Shown: positions 1 through 9,180, counted from the stretch's first letter. The stretch is 64,000 bases of DNA from an uncultured Gammaproteobacteria bacterium (GCA_964583105.1 CAZOUV010000001.1:1617-65616); one strand, 5' to 3'. Translations and numbers: made by a program. Notes: a model not told the origin generated them from the letters alone.

Positions 1-597
1 ATGTCCCCAAATTCCGATTTTATTTATGTTTCCCGTTATACTTTTGTTGTTTTTCCCCAATCCTTCATTTAATGCAGAAAGAGAGGAAAGAAGGGTAAGT
101 GCTGTTAGGTGTGTTTGGAACCTGTCCTCAAAAAGTACTGCTGATGAACTTGCGGATTCTCCATAACCCAAAAAATCCGGAGCCAAGGTAATAAATCCGT
201 TTTTTGCAAGAACTCTTGCCGAAGGTTGACTACCCCCTCCCGATTTATAATTTTCTTTTGGTACATAACCCCTAAACATGACAATTATGGGATAATCACC
301 CTCTTTTTTTGGAATATTAGCAAGACCGCTTACCTTAAGCATATTTGTGCTTTCGGGTTTTTCTGGGACATTGAAATAAAATATCCTAGATATATAATCT
401 TGGGTTTCTTCTTTTATTTCACCAAAGGTAATTTCCGATTCGGGAAATTTTGTATTTTTCAAATTTTCAAATGTGTATTTAAGAAGAGGTAACACCTTTT
501 CTTTTGGAGTTTGTCTACCTTTTACAAACAAAAATGAAACTATTCCTCCGACAATAAAAAATATTATTGATATTATTACAATAATTGCCTTTTTCAT
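1..597 (-). CDS. alpha/beta-hydrolase (dienelactone hydrolase / S9 peptidase-like), partial. The start codon is at 595-597 and the gene runs off the window start.
   Basis: Minus-strand translation starts MKKAIIVIISIIFF (signal/TM). It contains GDYPIIVMFRGYV, LAPDFLGYGES and a GIWGH nucleophile-elbow-like GxSxG context at the window edge. Not in the ORF track because it is truncated. Confidence 0.5.
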   Translation of the reverse strand, partial: MKKAIIVIISIIFFIVGGIVSFLFVKGRQTPKEKVLPLLKYTFENLKNTKFPESEITFGEIKEETQDYISRIFYFNVPEKPESTNMLKVSGLANIPKKEGDYPIIVMFRGYVPKENYKSGGGSQPSARVLAKNGFITLAPDFLGYGESASSSAVLFEDRFQTHLTALTLLSSLSALNEGLGKNNKSITGNINKIGIWGH

Positions 598-713
598 TAC
601 GATTAAAATTAATTTTACTCTATTTAAAAGGAGTATACTTAATACTTACCTTGATATTAAATAAACCCCTATTTCATCTTGGCAGTTTTTTAGTAAAGGT
701 CTATACAAAACTC

Positions 714-1331
714 ATGTTTAATATGAGTATTCTTTTTCATTTCCCGATCCCAAGAGGTGCAAAAATTATTGTTGCTAATCATCCCACAACCAGCGATCCT
801 TTTATTCTTACATCTTTTTCAAACGGTTATGCAAGTGTTTTAATTAAGGATATTCTTTTTGATGTTCCCATATTTGGAAGATATTTAAAATGGTCCGGAC
901 ATATACCCGTAAGTGGAATCAAGGGAAAATTAGCTTTTGACAGAGCACTAAGACTCTTAAAAGAGGGTGTAACAATAATAATTTTTATAGAAGGCAATTT
1001 AAGTAACCTATTAAATAAACTCAATAAACCAAAAACAGGTGCAGTAAGGCTTGCACTTGCCTCAAATCTTCCCATAATTCCCGTAGGGATAAGTGTCAAA
1101 AAGGATAATATTAAAAACATAAAATCAGTAATTAAGGGTATAACCGAGTGGGGTAGATGGTATCTTAAAGGGCCTTATGCAGTAACCATCGGAAGTCCTT
1201 TAAACATAAAAGGAAATATTCAAAATAAAGGGTATGTCCGTAACGTGTCATTGTGGCTTTCCCAAAAAATTTCGATATTAGTTAAAGAAAGTGAAGCAAG
1301 AATTAGAAAACTTAAAGTTATTAAGTCTTGA
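714..1331 (+). CDS. 1-acyl-sn-glycerol-3-phosphate acyltransferase family protein (PlsC-like)
   Basis: The VANHPTTSDP motif matches the acyltransferase NHxxxxD/HX4D box and EGN matches the FPEG-like box. The track start at 585 overlaps the divergent upstream gene start; ATG at 714 (MFNMSILFHFPIPRG) is preferred. Confidence 0.6.
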   Translation: MFNMSILFHFPIPRGAKIIVANHPTTSDPFILTSFSNGYASVLIKDILFDVPIFGRYLKWSGHIPVSGIKGKLAFDRALRLLKEGVTIIIFIEGNLSNLLNKLNKPKTGAVRLALASNLPIIPVGISVKKDNIKNIKSVIKGITEWGRWYLKGPYAVTIGSPLNIKGNIQNKGYVRNVSLWLSQKISILVKESEARIRKLKVIKS

Positions 1332-1557
1332 GGTTTCCCGCAATTCTTTTTTTGCGTTCCTCTTCCCGTTTTAACTGTTCGTCTTTGATAAATACTCTTT
1401 TTTTGGCTTCATTTGAAAGAACTTTCTCAACTTGTTTTTGACAATCTTTGTCGGGGCATGACATTTCTCTGTAATAGACATATGAAGTACCCACCTTTTC
1501 TTTTCGGGTTTTGATACACACCCTCTCTTTGCCGCAACGGCTGCATTTATTACTCAT
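1321..1557 (-). CDS. small zinc-ribbon protein (CxxC...CxxxxC), hypothetical
   Basis: 78 aa with a CSRCGKERVC ... CPDKDC Cys pattern and a Lys/Arg/Glu-rich tail. Confidence 0.4.
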   Translation of the reverse strand: MSNKCSRCGKERVCIKTRKEKVGTSYVYYREMSCPDKDCQKQVEKVLSNEAKKRVFIKDEQLKREEERKKRIAGNLKT

Positions 1558-1585
1558 ATTTATTTAAACTGTGGGCAGTTTGTTT

Positions 1586-1969
1586 TTACCACCTTCCTCC
1601 CCCACCTCTTGAAAAACCTCCTCTTCCGCCACCACGTCTGTCTCCTCCTCCAAACCCACCTCTTCCTCCTCCGAATCCACCACGCCTGTCTCCTCCAAAA
1701 TCTCTTCTGGGTGGTCTGTCTTCAAGGGGTCGAGCTTCCTGAACCACAATCTTTCTTCCTTCAAGTTCAGTGTCATTAAGTTCTTTAATTGCTTTATCTG
1801 CATCTTCATCGTTTTCATATTCCACAAATCCAAAACCTTTGCTTTTTTGTGTGAATTTATCAACGATAATCTTTGCAGAAGTAACCTTACCTATTTTTCC
1901 GAACAAGTCGGAAAAAGTAGTATCAGTTAAACTCCAAGGAATTCCGCCTACAAATAATCTTTTTGCCAT
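1586..1969 (-). CDS. RRM-type RNA-binding protein with a Gly/Arg-rich C-terminal tail
   Basis: LFVGGIPWSLTDTTFSDLF (RNP2-like) and KGFGFVEY (RNP1) motifs are present. The C-terminus is an RGG/GGRGG repeat. Confidence 0.85.
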   Translation of the reverse strand: MAKRLFVGGIPWSLTDTTFSDLFGKIGKVTSAKIIVDKFTQKSKGFGFVEYENDEDADKAIKELNDTELEGRKIVVQEARPLEDRPPRRDFGGDRRGGFGGGRGGFGGGDRRGGGRGGFSRGGGGRW

Positions 1970-2046
1970 TCTTTACTCACCACCTATCTTTTTCGATGTT
2001 TAAAGAAGGCAATTTACCTCGCCCTAAACGTATCGAATTTCAACTT

Positions 2047-2090
2047 AAAGCTATTATATCATGAATTGCGTCAGGATTCAGGTTATGATT
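2047..2090 (+). repeat. degenerate or internally deleted copy of the array junction repeat (left boundary?)
   Basis: aagctatt...gaattgc-gtcaggattcaggtt matches the ends of the repeat (gaagctatttt...attgc / gtcaggaacttcttcaggtt) but lacks the central aggggctggtaaactat. Confidence 0.3.
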
Positions 2091-2135
2091 TGTTTTAATG
2101 GATTTGGATCAATACAAATATTGTAAAATAAGATA

Positions 2136-3548
2136 GTGTCAAACCTGGAAGCTAAAAATAATACGACTTATCTCTCTATTCCAGATGTAATAAAAACATA
2201 CAATGTGTTTTTGACGCATGCTTTTATCGAGGGAGACCTGATGACATCGAAAACAAGCCACAATCCGTGGGATAAGAAATTGGATATTCTTTATGCATTT
2301 TCACCGTTAATATGCTGCAGTTCTTTTCGCCCGAATCACCATGAAGAATCGTTACTTGGAAAGGCGGGTGTATTAATAAACGACGGAGAAATCCAAGCGG
2401 CCTTCAATGCCGATATAACATCCTCTCCCGTAGGTATTAATAAGCGTAAATACAGGTACGAGCCGGATAGTTTGGATGTGGCGATTAAAACACGCAGTAC
2501 CGGTTGGTATAACGAAATTATTATTGATGATTGTAAAATTGCAGGTCTTTACATGAATATTACACATTTATTACACCACAATCTCAAACCGGAACAGCGC
2601 GGGGAGTTTATCCAAAAAATGAAAGATAAATCAAAAGAGTATAGCTTGCCGGTTTATGCAATAGAAAATGAAAGGGTTGTTTTACTGGGGAATTTTTTTG
2701 ATTTTGAAGGATTGGGCCAGATCATAAATTATGTAAGAGCGGAAGAAAGTTTGACAATATCCCCTTCACAATTACTAGACAACAAAAATATTAAATTAGA
2801 CCAAGAACGCATAGAGGAATTACGGTTGAAATTGGTTTCAGAACACGCCTTTAATCTCTCTGAAAGTAGGGAACAATTTCCGCTTCTTTCTGCTTATTCT
2901 ACTTTTGTAGGAGGAAGATTGAACTATATCTATAATTCTATTTGTAACAACAAGTTGAGCTTCGAAACGAAGCCTGAGATTTACGACAACATTGACAAAA
3001 ACGGAAGTGTTCCTTCTGGTGCCCATATTGAAATAATGTTAAATATTACAGACCCTTTTCTTGGATTTACGGCAAGAATTTTTAAATACAATGGAGAGAT
3101 ATATATAGATAAAATAACTTATTTCTATGAACACATAGCCCAGAAACCACGGTACCACTCACCGGAAAGAATTAAAGGATATCAGGATGATCGGTATGGA
3201 CTATTAGATAGATTGATTGGTGCATGGATTGATGGTGGCAGAGAAAGCCGTGTTTTATTGGGTTACCCCGAAGAAAAGTTTATTGGAAGTATTTCTGACG
3301 TTTTTAATATATATAAAGGTTTGAATAACAAGGAGTGGGGTGAATTACTGAACTACTATATAGTTGGTTTGGTTTCCCAGGCAAAAAAATGTGGAGATTC
3401 GGGTTTTGTGGAAAGGATTCTCAGTTTGAATTTACCGATAAATACGGATGAAATTTTAAAAAACATTCAAAAATTGGAGAAATCCGACGGAAGTATTAAC
3501 TATTCTTATATTGTCGATTTGCTCATTGAAAATAATTTATCAAAATGA
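2136..3548 (+). CDS. hypothetical protein (470 aa), first unit of the repeat-delimited array
   Basis: Long ORF with a GTG start. No motif recognised. Locally higher GC and different codon usage than the neighbouring housekeeping genes. Confidence 0.5.
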   Translation: MSNLEAKNNTTYLSIPDVIKTYNVFLTHAFIEGDLMTSKTSHNPWDKKLDILYAFSPLICCSSFRPNHHEESLLGKAGVLINDGEIQAAFNADITSSPVGINKRKYRYEPDSLDVAIKTRSTGWYNEIIIDDCKIAGLYMNITHLLHHNLKPEQRGEFIQKMKDKSKEYSLPVYAIENERVVLLGNFFDFEGLGQIINYVRAEESLTISPSQLLDNKNIKLDQERIEELRLKLVSEHAFNLSESREQFPLLSAYSTFVGGRLNYIYNSICNNKLSFETKPEIYDNIDKNGSVPSGAHIEIMLNITDPFLGFTARIFKYNGEIYIDKITYFYEHIAQKPRYHSPERIKGYQDDRYGLLDRLIGAWIDGGRESRVLLGYPEEKFIGSISDVFNIYKGLNNKEWGELLNYYIVGLVSQAKKCGDSGFVERILSLNLPINTDEILKNIQKLEKSDGSINYSYIVDLLIENNLSK

Positions 3549-3568
3549 CGTTTTTGTCTAACACAAAA

Positions 3569-3874
3569 TTATTTGGTTTTTGATTCCAGGGGTGATAAAT
3601 AATCTGCAATTTCGCGAATGGTTTTGGTATTGACCCCACCCATTTTTTGATCATTTAGGATATTTATCTTTTCATCAAACTCTTGATTATCCGGTCTTAT
3701 ATTTAACTCATCTAGTTGACTTAACACCTTTTTTAAAGTTGGAAGAGTGTTTATCGAATCAAAACCTCTTCCTGCCATCACAGCATCTATATTATCTGCG
3801 ACCTTGCGTGCAAGATTTGCTGTTTTACTACGCCATTCATCAAGTGTTAAAGGAGTTGTATTTTCTTCATTCAT
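3569..3874 (-). CDS. hypothetical protein (101 aa)
   Basis: ORF convergent with 2136-3548. No motif recognised. Confidence 0.35.
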   Translation of the reverse strand: MNEENTTPLTLDEWRSKTANLARKVADNIDAVMAGRGFDSINTLPTLKKVLSQLDELNIRPDNQEFDEKINILNDQKMGGVNTKTIREIADYLSPLESKTK

Positions 3875-3921
3875 TCCCTAATTATTTATGACACTGCCGT
3901 GAAGTAAATATTTATACAATA

Positions 3922-3960
3922 TTTAACAAGGGTCTAGCAAACTACGTCAGGAACTTCTTT
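3922..3960 (+). repeat. array junction repeat copy 1 (divergent)
   Basis: caagggtctagcaaactacgtcaggaacttcttt versus the consensus gcaggggctggtaaactatgtcaggaacttctt. Confidence 0.6.
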
Positions 3961-3986
3961 TGGTGTAAATACTTTAAAATTTGTTA

Positions 3987-4331
3987 TTAAAATTTTTTGC
4001 TATCCCAAGCGGGTATGTCTCTCATCTCACTTTTATATATCTGTTTTTTTAAGTTCCTCAGAGCGCTCTTTTCAATTTCTCCTGCCCTTGATGACGATAC
4101 TCCAATCTTGGAAGCAGTTTCCTCTAAAGTTAATCCATCAAAGAAGCGGTATTGCAAGACCTTTTGATACCTTTCTCTTAAATTTGGCAGGAGCTTCTCC
4201 AAAGTTGCTCTATTTTCTGCCTGGATGAGTTCATCCTCTGAGCTTGCATCTAATATCCCAACAGCTTCAGAAAGTGAAGACCATCCAGCTTCTTCCTCGC
4301 GACAGGCTAAATACTCTTTATCTTCAGACAC
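3987..4331 (-). CDS. sigma-70 family region-4-like fragment (stand-alone C-terminal DNA-binding domain)
   Basis: RYQKVLQYRFFDGLTLEETASKIGVSSSRAGEIEKSALRNLKK matches the sigma-70 r4.2 HTH. There is no region 2. GTG start. Confidence 0.5.
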   Translation of the reverse strand: MSEDKEYLACREEEAGWSSLSEAVGILDASSEDELIQAENRATLEKLLPNLRERYQKVLQYRFFDGLTLEETASKIGVSSSRAGEIEKSALRNLKKQIYKSEMRDIPAWDSKKF

Positions 4332-4349
4332 AATATGATTATATCATCC

Positions 4350-4392
4350 GAAGCTATTTTGCAGGGGCTGGTAAACTATGTAAGGAGCTTCT
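4350..4392 (+). repeat. array junction repeat copy 2
   Basis: gaagctattttgcaggggctggtaaactatgtaaggagcttct. Confidence 0.8.
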
Positions 4393-4396
4393 ATTT

Positions 4397-4948
4397 TTAG
4401 ATAAATGTTACTATTACAGTCCAAATTGACATTGTTGCAAATGCCCATTTCTCCATAAGGGCATTTTTTATTTTATATTTGTTGTGCAGATAAAATAGAC
4501 CCAAATAATAGAAAATGGGGATAAATATTGAAATTAGTTTAAAAGTTAAGTTGCTAATCGATAAACTTATAAGTATTGTTGAAAAAGGGTTTGCTAAAAA
4601 GTAATACTCTGCAAGACATTTATGAATTTTGGGATAGCTTTGTTCTGAAAATATTGCCACTAGGATTGACGCTATTGCCGTACTGACGTATATAAGTATT
4701 CCAATATTCAGGTGGTTTTGCCATAATTTACGCAGTAGATAATATGAAAATAAAAGCTGAAAGAATCCGCCAATTATTAGACCAATATTAATAATAATTT
4801 TGAGTTTTTTGTTATTTGTAGCATGGGTAATTGTCTGTTTTCTACTATTGATACCGGCAGAAATGCTTGGGGTGACCACAAAAACCCAAGCGAAAAACAT
4901 TGCCAATAAACCCGAATATTTCATAAGCACAGTTTTATTGTATAACAA
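4397..4948 (-). CDS. integral membrane protein, hypothetical (about 5 TM)
   Basis: Hydrophobic segments run throughout. No motif recognised. Confidence 0.45.
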   Translation of the reverse strand: MLYNKTVLMKYSGLLAMFFAWVFVVTPSISAGINSRKQTITHATNNKKLKIIINIGLIIGGFFQLLFSYYLLRKLWQNHLNIGILIYVSTAIASILVAIFSEQSYPKIHKCLAEYYFLANPFSTILISLSISNLTFKLISIFIPIFYYLGLFYLHNKYKIKNALMEKWAFATMSIWTVIVTFI

Positions 4949-5015
4949 TGCAAATAGAACATGTTCGGAGGTTAAAGTAGGGAGTGATTGAAGATTTTCG
5001 AACTATTAAATCGCT

Positions 5016-5050
5016 TCAGTTGGTAAAATATACTGAGGACGTTTATCTAG
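5016..5050 (+). repeat. degenerate junction repeat copy (2b)
   Basis: cttcagttggtaaaatatactgaggacgtttatct retains the ctggtaaactatgtcaggaac core in weak form. Confidence 0.3.
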
Positions 5051-5229
5051 CGAGCTTTGGGTATCTACAGATTGACAGTCTGAGGCTAGAAAGGTAGAAT
5101 TACCTTAATGGATAGAAATTGTCCCATTATAAATCAGTCAGCCACCCTTGTTAAAAACAAGGTGAATTGTGCTGGTTTTGTAATGGAAATCAATAAGAAC
5201 TAAACAAAAAATAAATAGATTAAGTAAAA

Positions 5230-5253
5230 CCAGCCACAAAGGGCTGGTTTTTT
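5230..5253 (+). terminator. intrinsic terminator-like hairpin plus T-run, 19 bp upstream of the MFS gene start
   Basis: CCAGCC-acaaag-GGCTGG followed by TTTTTT. Confidence 0.5.
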
Positions 5254-5271
5254 AGTTTTAGAAATAGCATT

Positions 5272-6480
5272 ATGAATAAAATAGTGAACATAATAAAAAA
5301 CAACGTAAATAATACCATCTGGAGGTATTACGCTTTTACCTTCTTAAAGGATTTGTCGTTTTTTTCGGCTGTTTTGGTACCCTTTTTTACAGAGTGGGGT
5401 CATATTTCTTTGTTTCAGGTACAAATTCTCCAGTCGTGGTTTATGTTCTGGTTTTTTATTTTGGAAATTCCCACAGGAGCTGTGGCGGATTACATTGGCA
5501 GAAAACATTCAATGGCCATTGGGGCTTTGATGGTTGCGATTGCGGCCATAGTTTACGGCAGCGTTCCTCGGTTTGAGGTATTTCTTTTAGGAGAGTTTTT
5601 GTTTGCGGCGGCAATGTCCTTTGTCTCGGGCGCGGATGAAGCCCTTTTATATGATTCTCTAAAAGAAGCCGGAAGGGAAAATGAAAGGAAGAAGATTTTC
5701 GGAAGGGCAAATTCTTTTCATTTGTTGGGTATGTTTATCGCTGCACCCATTGGTTCTTTTATTGCCTCAAAATTTGGACTAAACGTACCAATGCTTATTT
5801 CTTCAGGTTCATTTTTGTTGGCAGCTTTAGTTGCTTGGAGTATAAAAGAGCCTCTTATTCATCAAGCAAAATCTGAATCAAGACGGTATCTTGATATTGT
5901 AAAAACAGGCTTTTTCTTTCTCCGTAATCATAAAATATTGAGATTATTAGCCTTGGATGCGATAGTTGTAGCCTCTTCTTCCTATTTTGTTATTTGGCTG
6001 TATCAGCCGCTTTTGAGAAGTGTGGGTGTTGGTATTTTCTATCTAGGAATTATACACGCCACCTTGGTTTTATCAGAGATTTTAATATCAACCAATTTTG
6101 AGAGGCTAATTAAACTATTTGGGTCTGATAAAAGGTATTTAAAAATTAGTATGATAATTGTTGTATTATCTTTTTTGCTTGTGGCAATTTGGCCGAACAT
6201 AATAACGATTTCAATTTTGATTATTTTTGGAGGAGGATTTGGTTTAACAAGATTGCCACTAATGTCATCTTATATGAATAAATTTATTCCCTCTGAACAA
6301 AGGGCAACGGTTCTTTCGTCAATTTCTATGTTTCGTAGATTTGGATTAGTACTACTTAATCCTTTGATAGGTTTTACAGCTGACCACTCATTAAGATTAG
6401 CTGCTTTAGTTGTTGGCCTACTTCCATTGGTATTATTTGCTTTTTCACCAATAGAGCAAGAAATGTTGGATGAAAACTGA
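5272..6480 (+). CDS. MFS transporter
   Basis: 402 aa with about 12 TM segments. GRKHSMAIGA resembles the MFS loop 2-3 motif (GxxxDrxGrR-like). Confidence 0.75.
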   Translation: MNKIVNIIKNNVNNTIWRYYAFTFLKDLSFFSAVLVPFFTEWGHISLFQVQILQSWFMFWFFILEIPTGAVADYIGRKHSMAIGALMVAIAAIVYGSVPRFEVFLLGEFLFAAAMSFVSGADEALLYDSLKEAGRENERKKIFGRANSFHLLGMFIAAPIGSFIASKFGLNVPMLISSGSFLLAALVAWSIKEPLIHQAKSESRRYLDIVKTGFFFLRNHKILRLLALDAIVVASSSYFVIWLYQPLLRSVGVGIFYLGIIHATLVLSEILISTNFERLIKLFGSDKRYLKISMIIVVLSFLLVAIWPNIITISILIIFGGGFGLTRLPLMSSYMNKFIPSEQRATVLSSISMFRRFGLVLLNPLIGFTADHSLRLAALVVGLLPLVLFAFSPIEQEMLDEN

Positions 6481-6523
6481 AGCTGTTTTGTGGAGTTGGT
6501 AAACTATATTCGGAACTTATTTT
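6481..6523 (+). repeat. array junction repeat copy 3
   Basis: agctgttttgtggagttggtaaactatattcggaacttatttt. It starts 1 nt after the MFS stop. Confidence 0.7.
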
Positions 6524-6576
6524 GTCGACAATACTTGAGTAGTGGTGAATAAGGTATAATTACTTTACAATTTTTT

Positions 6577-7401
6577 ATGGAAAGTACACAAGTAAATGAT
6601 GTTTTTATTCCAAAAGATCAATGCGCATCCACCGTTTCTTTAATTCAATCTGTAAAGCAAAATATTGAAATTGAAAAAGGACTAAAACCGTGGTGGTATT
6701 TTCAATTAGATGAATTGTCTGGTGCGTTAAATAGACTTAAGCAGAATCAGGGTGTAAAGATTGGCGATTTTTCTACTCAAGACGAGATAAAGGCAATGCT
6801 ACACCCGCGTGATGTTGGTGAAGCCATAAAAGGCGTAATGAGTGGAAAGATGGAATATCACGCATGGACACAGTCATGTTTTGTTCAATTTGGTTCAAAA
6901 AAATTACCTACCAATAAAGATGAAGCTGCTGATCAGTTACGAGTAAATTCTTGGTGGATAGGAAATAATCAAGGAGTAAGTGAAGAAATGACCAAAGGAT
7001 TACTGGCTATATCTAAATTATATACAGAAGATTTTCCTCAACAGGCTAATGTTAAATTTTCAAACGATCCGGAGAAAAAACAATTTAATATGAAGAAACT
7101 GGTTGATTTTGGTAGGCAATTGTTCGGGTGGGATAAAGAGACCACATCTATAGAATTTCAAAAAGTATATTGGGATGTTTCGGAAAGAAAGCCAATTTTT
7201 ATGCCGATATTTACAATTAGAATCTCAAAAACATTGGATGAAAAGTGTAAATTTACAATATTTGGAACAGATCCCTATAGGTCGGAAGATAAAAGAACAT
7301 ACTATTTTGAAAACCCTTCTGATGGAGAAAATATTATTAAGGAAATTGAAAAATCGATTGATTTAATCTCCAAACAGCAAAATAAATATAGGAAAAATTA
7401 A
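6577..7401 (+). CDS. hypothetical protein (274 aa)
   Basis: ORF with no motif recognised. Confidence 0.45.
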   Translation: MESTQVNDVFIPKDQCASTVSLIQSVKQNIEIEKGLKPWWYFQLDELSGALNRLKQNQGVKIGDFSTQDEIKAMLHPRDVGEAIKGVMSGKMEYHAWTQSCFVQFGSKKLPTNKDEAADQLRVNSWWIGNNQGVSEEMTKGLLAISKLYTEDFPQQANVKFSNDPEKKQFNMKKLVDFGRQLFGWDKETTSIEFQKVYWDVSERKPIFMPIFTIRISKTLDEKCKFTIFGTDPYRSEDKRTYYFENPSDGENIIKEIEKSIDLISKQQNKYRKN

Positions 7402-7426
7402 ACGGTTTTGTGATACAATCGACCCA

Positions 7427-7732
7427 ATGAGCAACGAAATGGTGTATTTATCAATAAAGACCGATTTGGAATATATTGACCTAAACGGTCACCTCAGGAT
7501 TATTGAAAGGCTTTCTGGGATGGTAGACAGAATAGAGTTGGCAAAAAATATGAAGGTTTTCTCCCAAAAAGCAAAGGAACAAGGTTTACGACCTGGAGAA
7601 ACAAATATTAAAAATATTCTTAGTTCTGATCAGAAGGCTTGTTTGAATACTTTGATGCCACACGGAAATATTCCCCCCGAAACCCTCTCGGAGAATATTA
7701 CCTTTTCGGCAATAACTCCCATCAGTAGATGA
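7427..7732 (+). CDS. hypothetical protein (101 aa)
   Basis: ORF 26 bp after the previous gene, in the same cassette-like unit. Confidence 0.35.
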   Translation: MSNEMVYLSIKTDLEYIDLNGHLRIIERLSGMVDRIELAKNMKVFSQKAKEQGLRPGETNIKNILSSDQKACLNTLMPHGNIPPETLSENITFSAITPISR

Positions 7733-7773
7733 AGATAGGCTATAAACGTATAGTTAACAAACATATCATTTGA

Positions 7774-7830
7774 ATTTATTTTGCAGGGCCAGTAAACTAT
7801 GTCAGGAACTTCTTCAGATCTGAATTTCCA
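7774..7830 (+). repeat. array junction repeat copy 4 (extended form)
   Basis: atttattttgcagggccagtaaactatgtcaggaacttcttcagatctgaatttcca. Homology to copy 8 continues to about 7860. Confidence 0.8.
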
Positions 7831-7846
7831 TGAGTTGCTGTAAAAT

Positions 7847-8383
7847 GTGAATATGTTAAATAAATTACTTTTTTTACAAGCTGGCAAACAGACACTGGTT
7901 ACCAATGAAATAAAAAATATTGCATCTTCAGCTAGAGGGAGTTCTCGCGACAAAATTAAGAAAATAATGTCCGTAGTGAACTCATTAAAACATGTTGGAT
8001 TTGATGAGAAATTCTTTAGGAAAAGGACTGCCTCACAAATAATAAAAGACGGTTTTACTACTGGTTGTACAGATTCTGATATCGCATTTGTGACTTTGTC
8101 CAGAGCCTGTGGTTTGCCCACAAAATATGTGGAGACTATTGGCAAAGATTGGTTAAAAAGTGGTAGCGAAACTTCAATAAAAGGTCATCAGTATGCACAG
8201 ATTTGGATTAAGGAGGATAAAAAATGGATTTGGGTTGATCCAATAGGTAATAGAATTGATACTCCTTCCCCGGACATGGAAGGACGGATAATCTTTAAAG
8301 TTGGTTTAGACAGTTGGGATATTGGTATAACAGATTTTAAAACCCTTCAAGAATTGTTCTTGAAGTTTAGAAAAAATATTTGA
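7847..8383 (+). CDS. transglutaminase-like cysteine peptidase superfamily protein
   Basis: GCTDSDIAFVTLSRACGLPTKYV is a TGase-core Cys context. Downstream are GHQYAQIW (His) and WVDP (Asp). The track start is GTG 7847; ATG 7853 is an alternative. Confidence 0.5.
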   Translation: MNMLNKLLFLQAGKQTLVTNEIKNIASSARGSSRDKIKKIMSVVNSLKHVGFDEKFFRKRTASQIIKDGFTTGCTDSDIAFVTLSRACGLPTKYVETIGKDWLKSGSETSIKGHQYAQIWIKEDKKWIWVDPIGNRIDTPSPDMEGRIIFKVGLDSWDIGITDFKTLQELFLKFRKNI

Positions 8384-8384
8384 C

Positions 8385-8427
8385 GCTATTTTGCAGGGGC
8401 TGGTAAACTATGTCAGGAACTTTTTTG
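8385..8427 (+). repeat. array junction repeat copy 5
   Basis: gctattttgcaggggctggtaaactatgtcaggaactttttt. It begins 2 nt after the stop. Confidence 0.85.
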
Positions 8428-8487
8428 ATATGGTTTATTAATACAAGTTATATTAATAATAAGCAAGAATTGCTATAGTTTAACTAT

Positions 8488-9180
8488 ATGCGGCATTGGT
8501 TAAGGTGGTTTTTTCTGATTTTCGGATTTGCGGTTTTGGCAACGGCATACTACTTGTTTCCTCCCTCTTTTTACCTTCCACATAAAATTCCCGTACTCAT
8601 TTTGCCAATAGAATCAAAATATGACAATATTGCGAATATTATGCCCATGGGTGAAAAAATAGCCCATCCTGATAAATATGGACATCCAGGTATTGACTTC
8701 GGTTTTATGACAATAGATGAAGATAGATATATTCCCTATGTTGCAGCCATGGATGGAGTAATTAGTAAAGTTAAAATATACCTAAATAATGAAGAGAAGG
8801 ATGTAAAAATAAAACCATTAAGTAAAAACATGGCAGACATTGTAATTAAAAACGGACCATATCAAGTTGTCTATGGTTCAATGGACGGTGACACTATTCC
8901 TGCAAATATTAAAGTGGGTGCCAAGATTAAGCAGGGAGATATTGTGGGTTATGGAAACTTTATGTATAAAGGAACAGAACCAGGAACTAAAAGTGAAATG
9001 ATACATTGGGAGTTTGGGTCAACATCACCCCTTATAGACCGTTTTTGCCCTTTAACGTATTTTACTGAAGAATCGAGGGTAAGAATAGAAAAAATTTGGT
9101 TTCAAACAGAAGATACTCAAATAAAATCTCAATATCCACTGATATGTAACGGAGTATACGAAAATAAGGTTGAAAGATAA
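8488..9180 (+). CDS. M23/LytM-like metallopeptidase (tentative), N-terminal TM anchor
   Basis: YGHPGIDFG matches HxxxD and MIHWEFG matches the HxH region. N-terminal hydrophobic helix. Confidence 0.4.
   Translation: MRHWLRWFFLIFGFAVLATAYYLFPPSFYLPHKIPVLILPIESKYDNIANIMPMGEKIAHPDKYGHPGIDFGFMTIDEDRYIPYVAAMDGVISKVKIYLNNEEKDVKIKPLSKNMADIVIKNGPYQVVYGSMDGDTIPANIKVGAKIKQGDIVGYGNFMYKGTEPGTKSEMIHWEFGSTSPLIDRFCPLTYFTEESRVRIEKIWFQTEDTQIKSQYPLICNGVYENKVER

Noticed and set aside
585-713. ORF-track N-terminal extension of the PlsC-like gene (start at 585).
   Set aside because: It would overlap the start codon and promoter region of the divergent minus-strand hydrolase gene (start 595-597). The internal ATG at 714 gives a normal acyltransferase N-terminus.
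827-1120. Multiple short antisense or overlapping ORFs from the six-frame track (for example 827-1120, 2373-2567, 5456-5710, 12927-13241, 14128-14394, 16274-16570, 17786-18013, 34169-34492, 50276-50731).
   Set aside because: Each lies within a longer ORF that has clear family motifs. They have low-complexity or Cys/Pro-rich translations typical of off-frame reads of AT-rich coding DNA.
1564-1863. 99-aa ORF on the minus strand overlapping the RRM RNA-binding gene in another frame.
   Set aside because: It lies entirely inside a well-supported gene (RNP1/RNP2 motifs). Its Glu-rich translation is a frame artefact of the RGG-repeat region.
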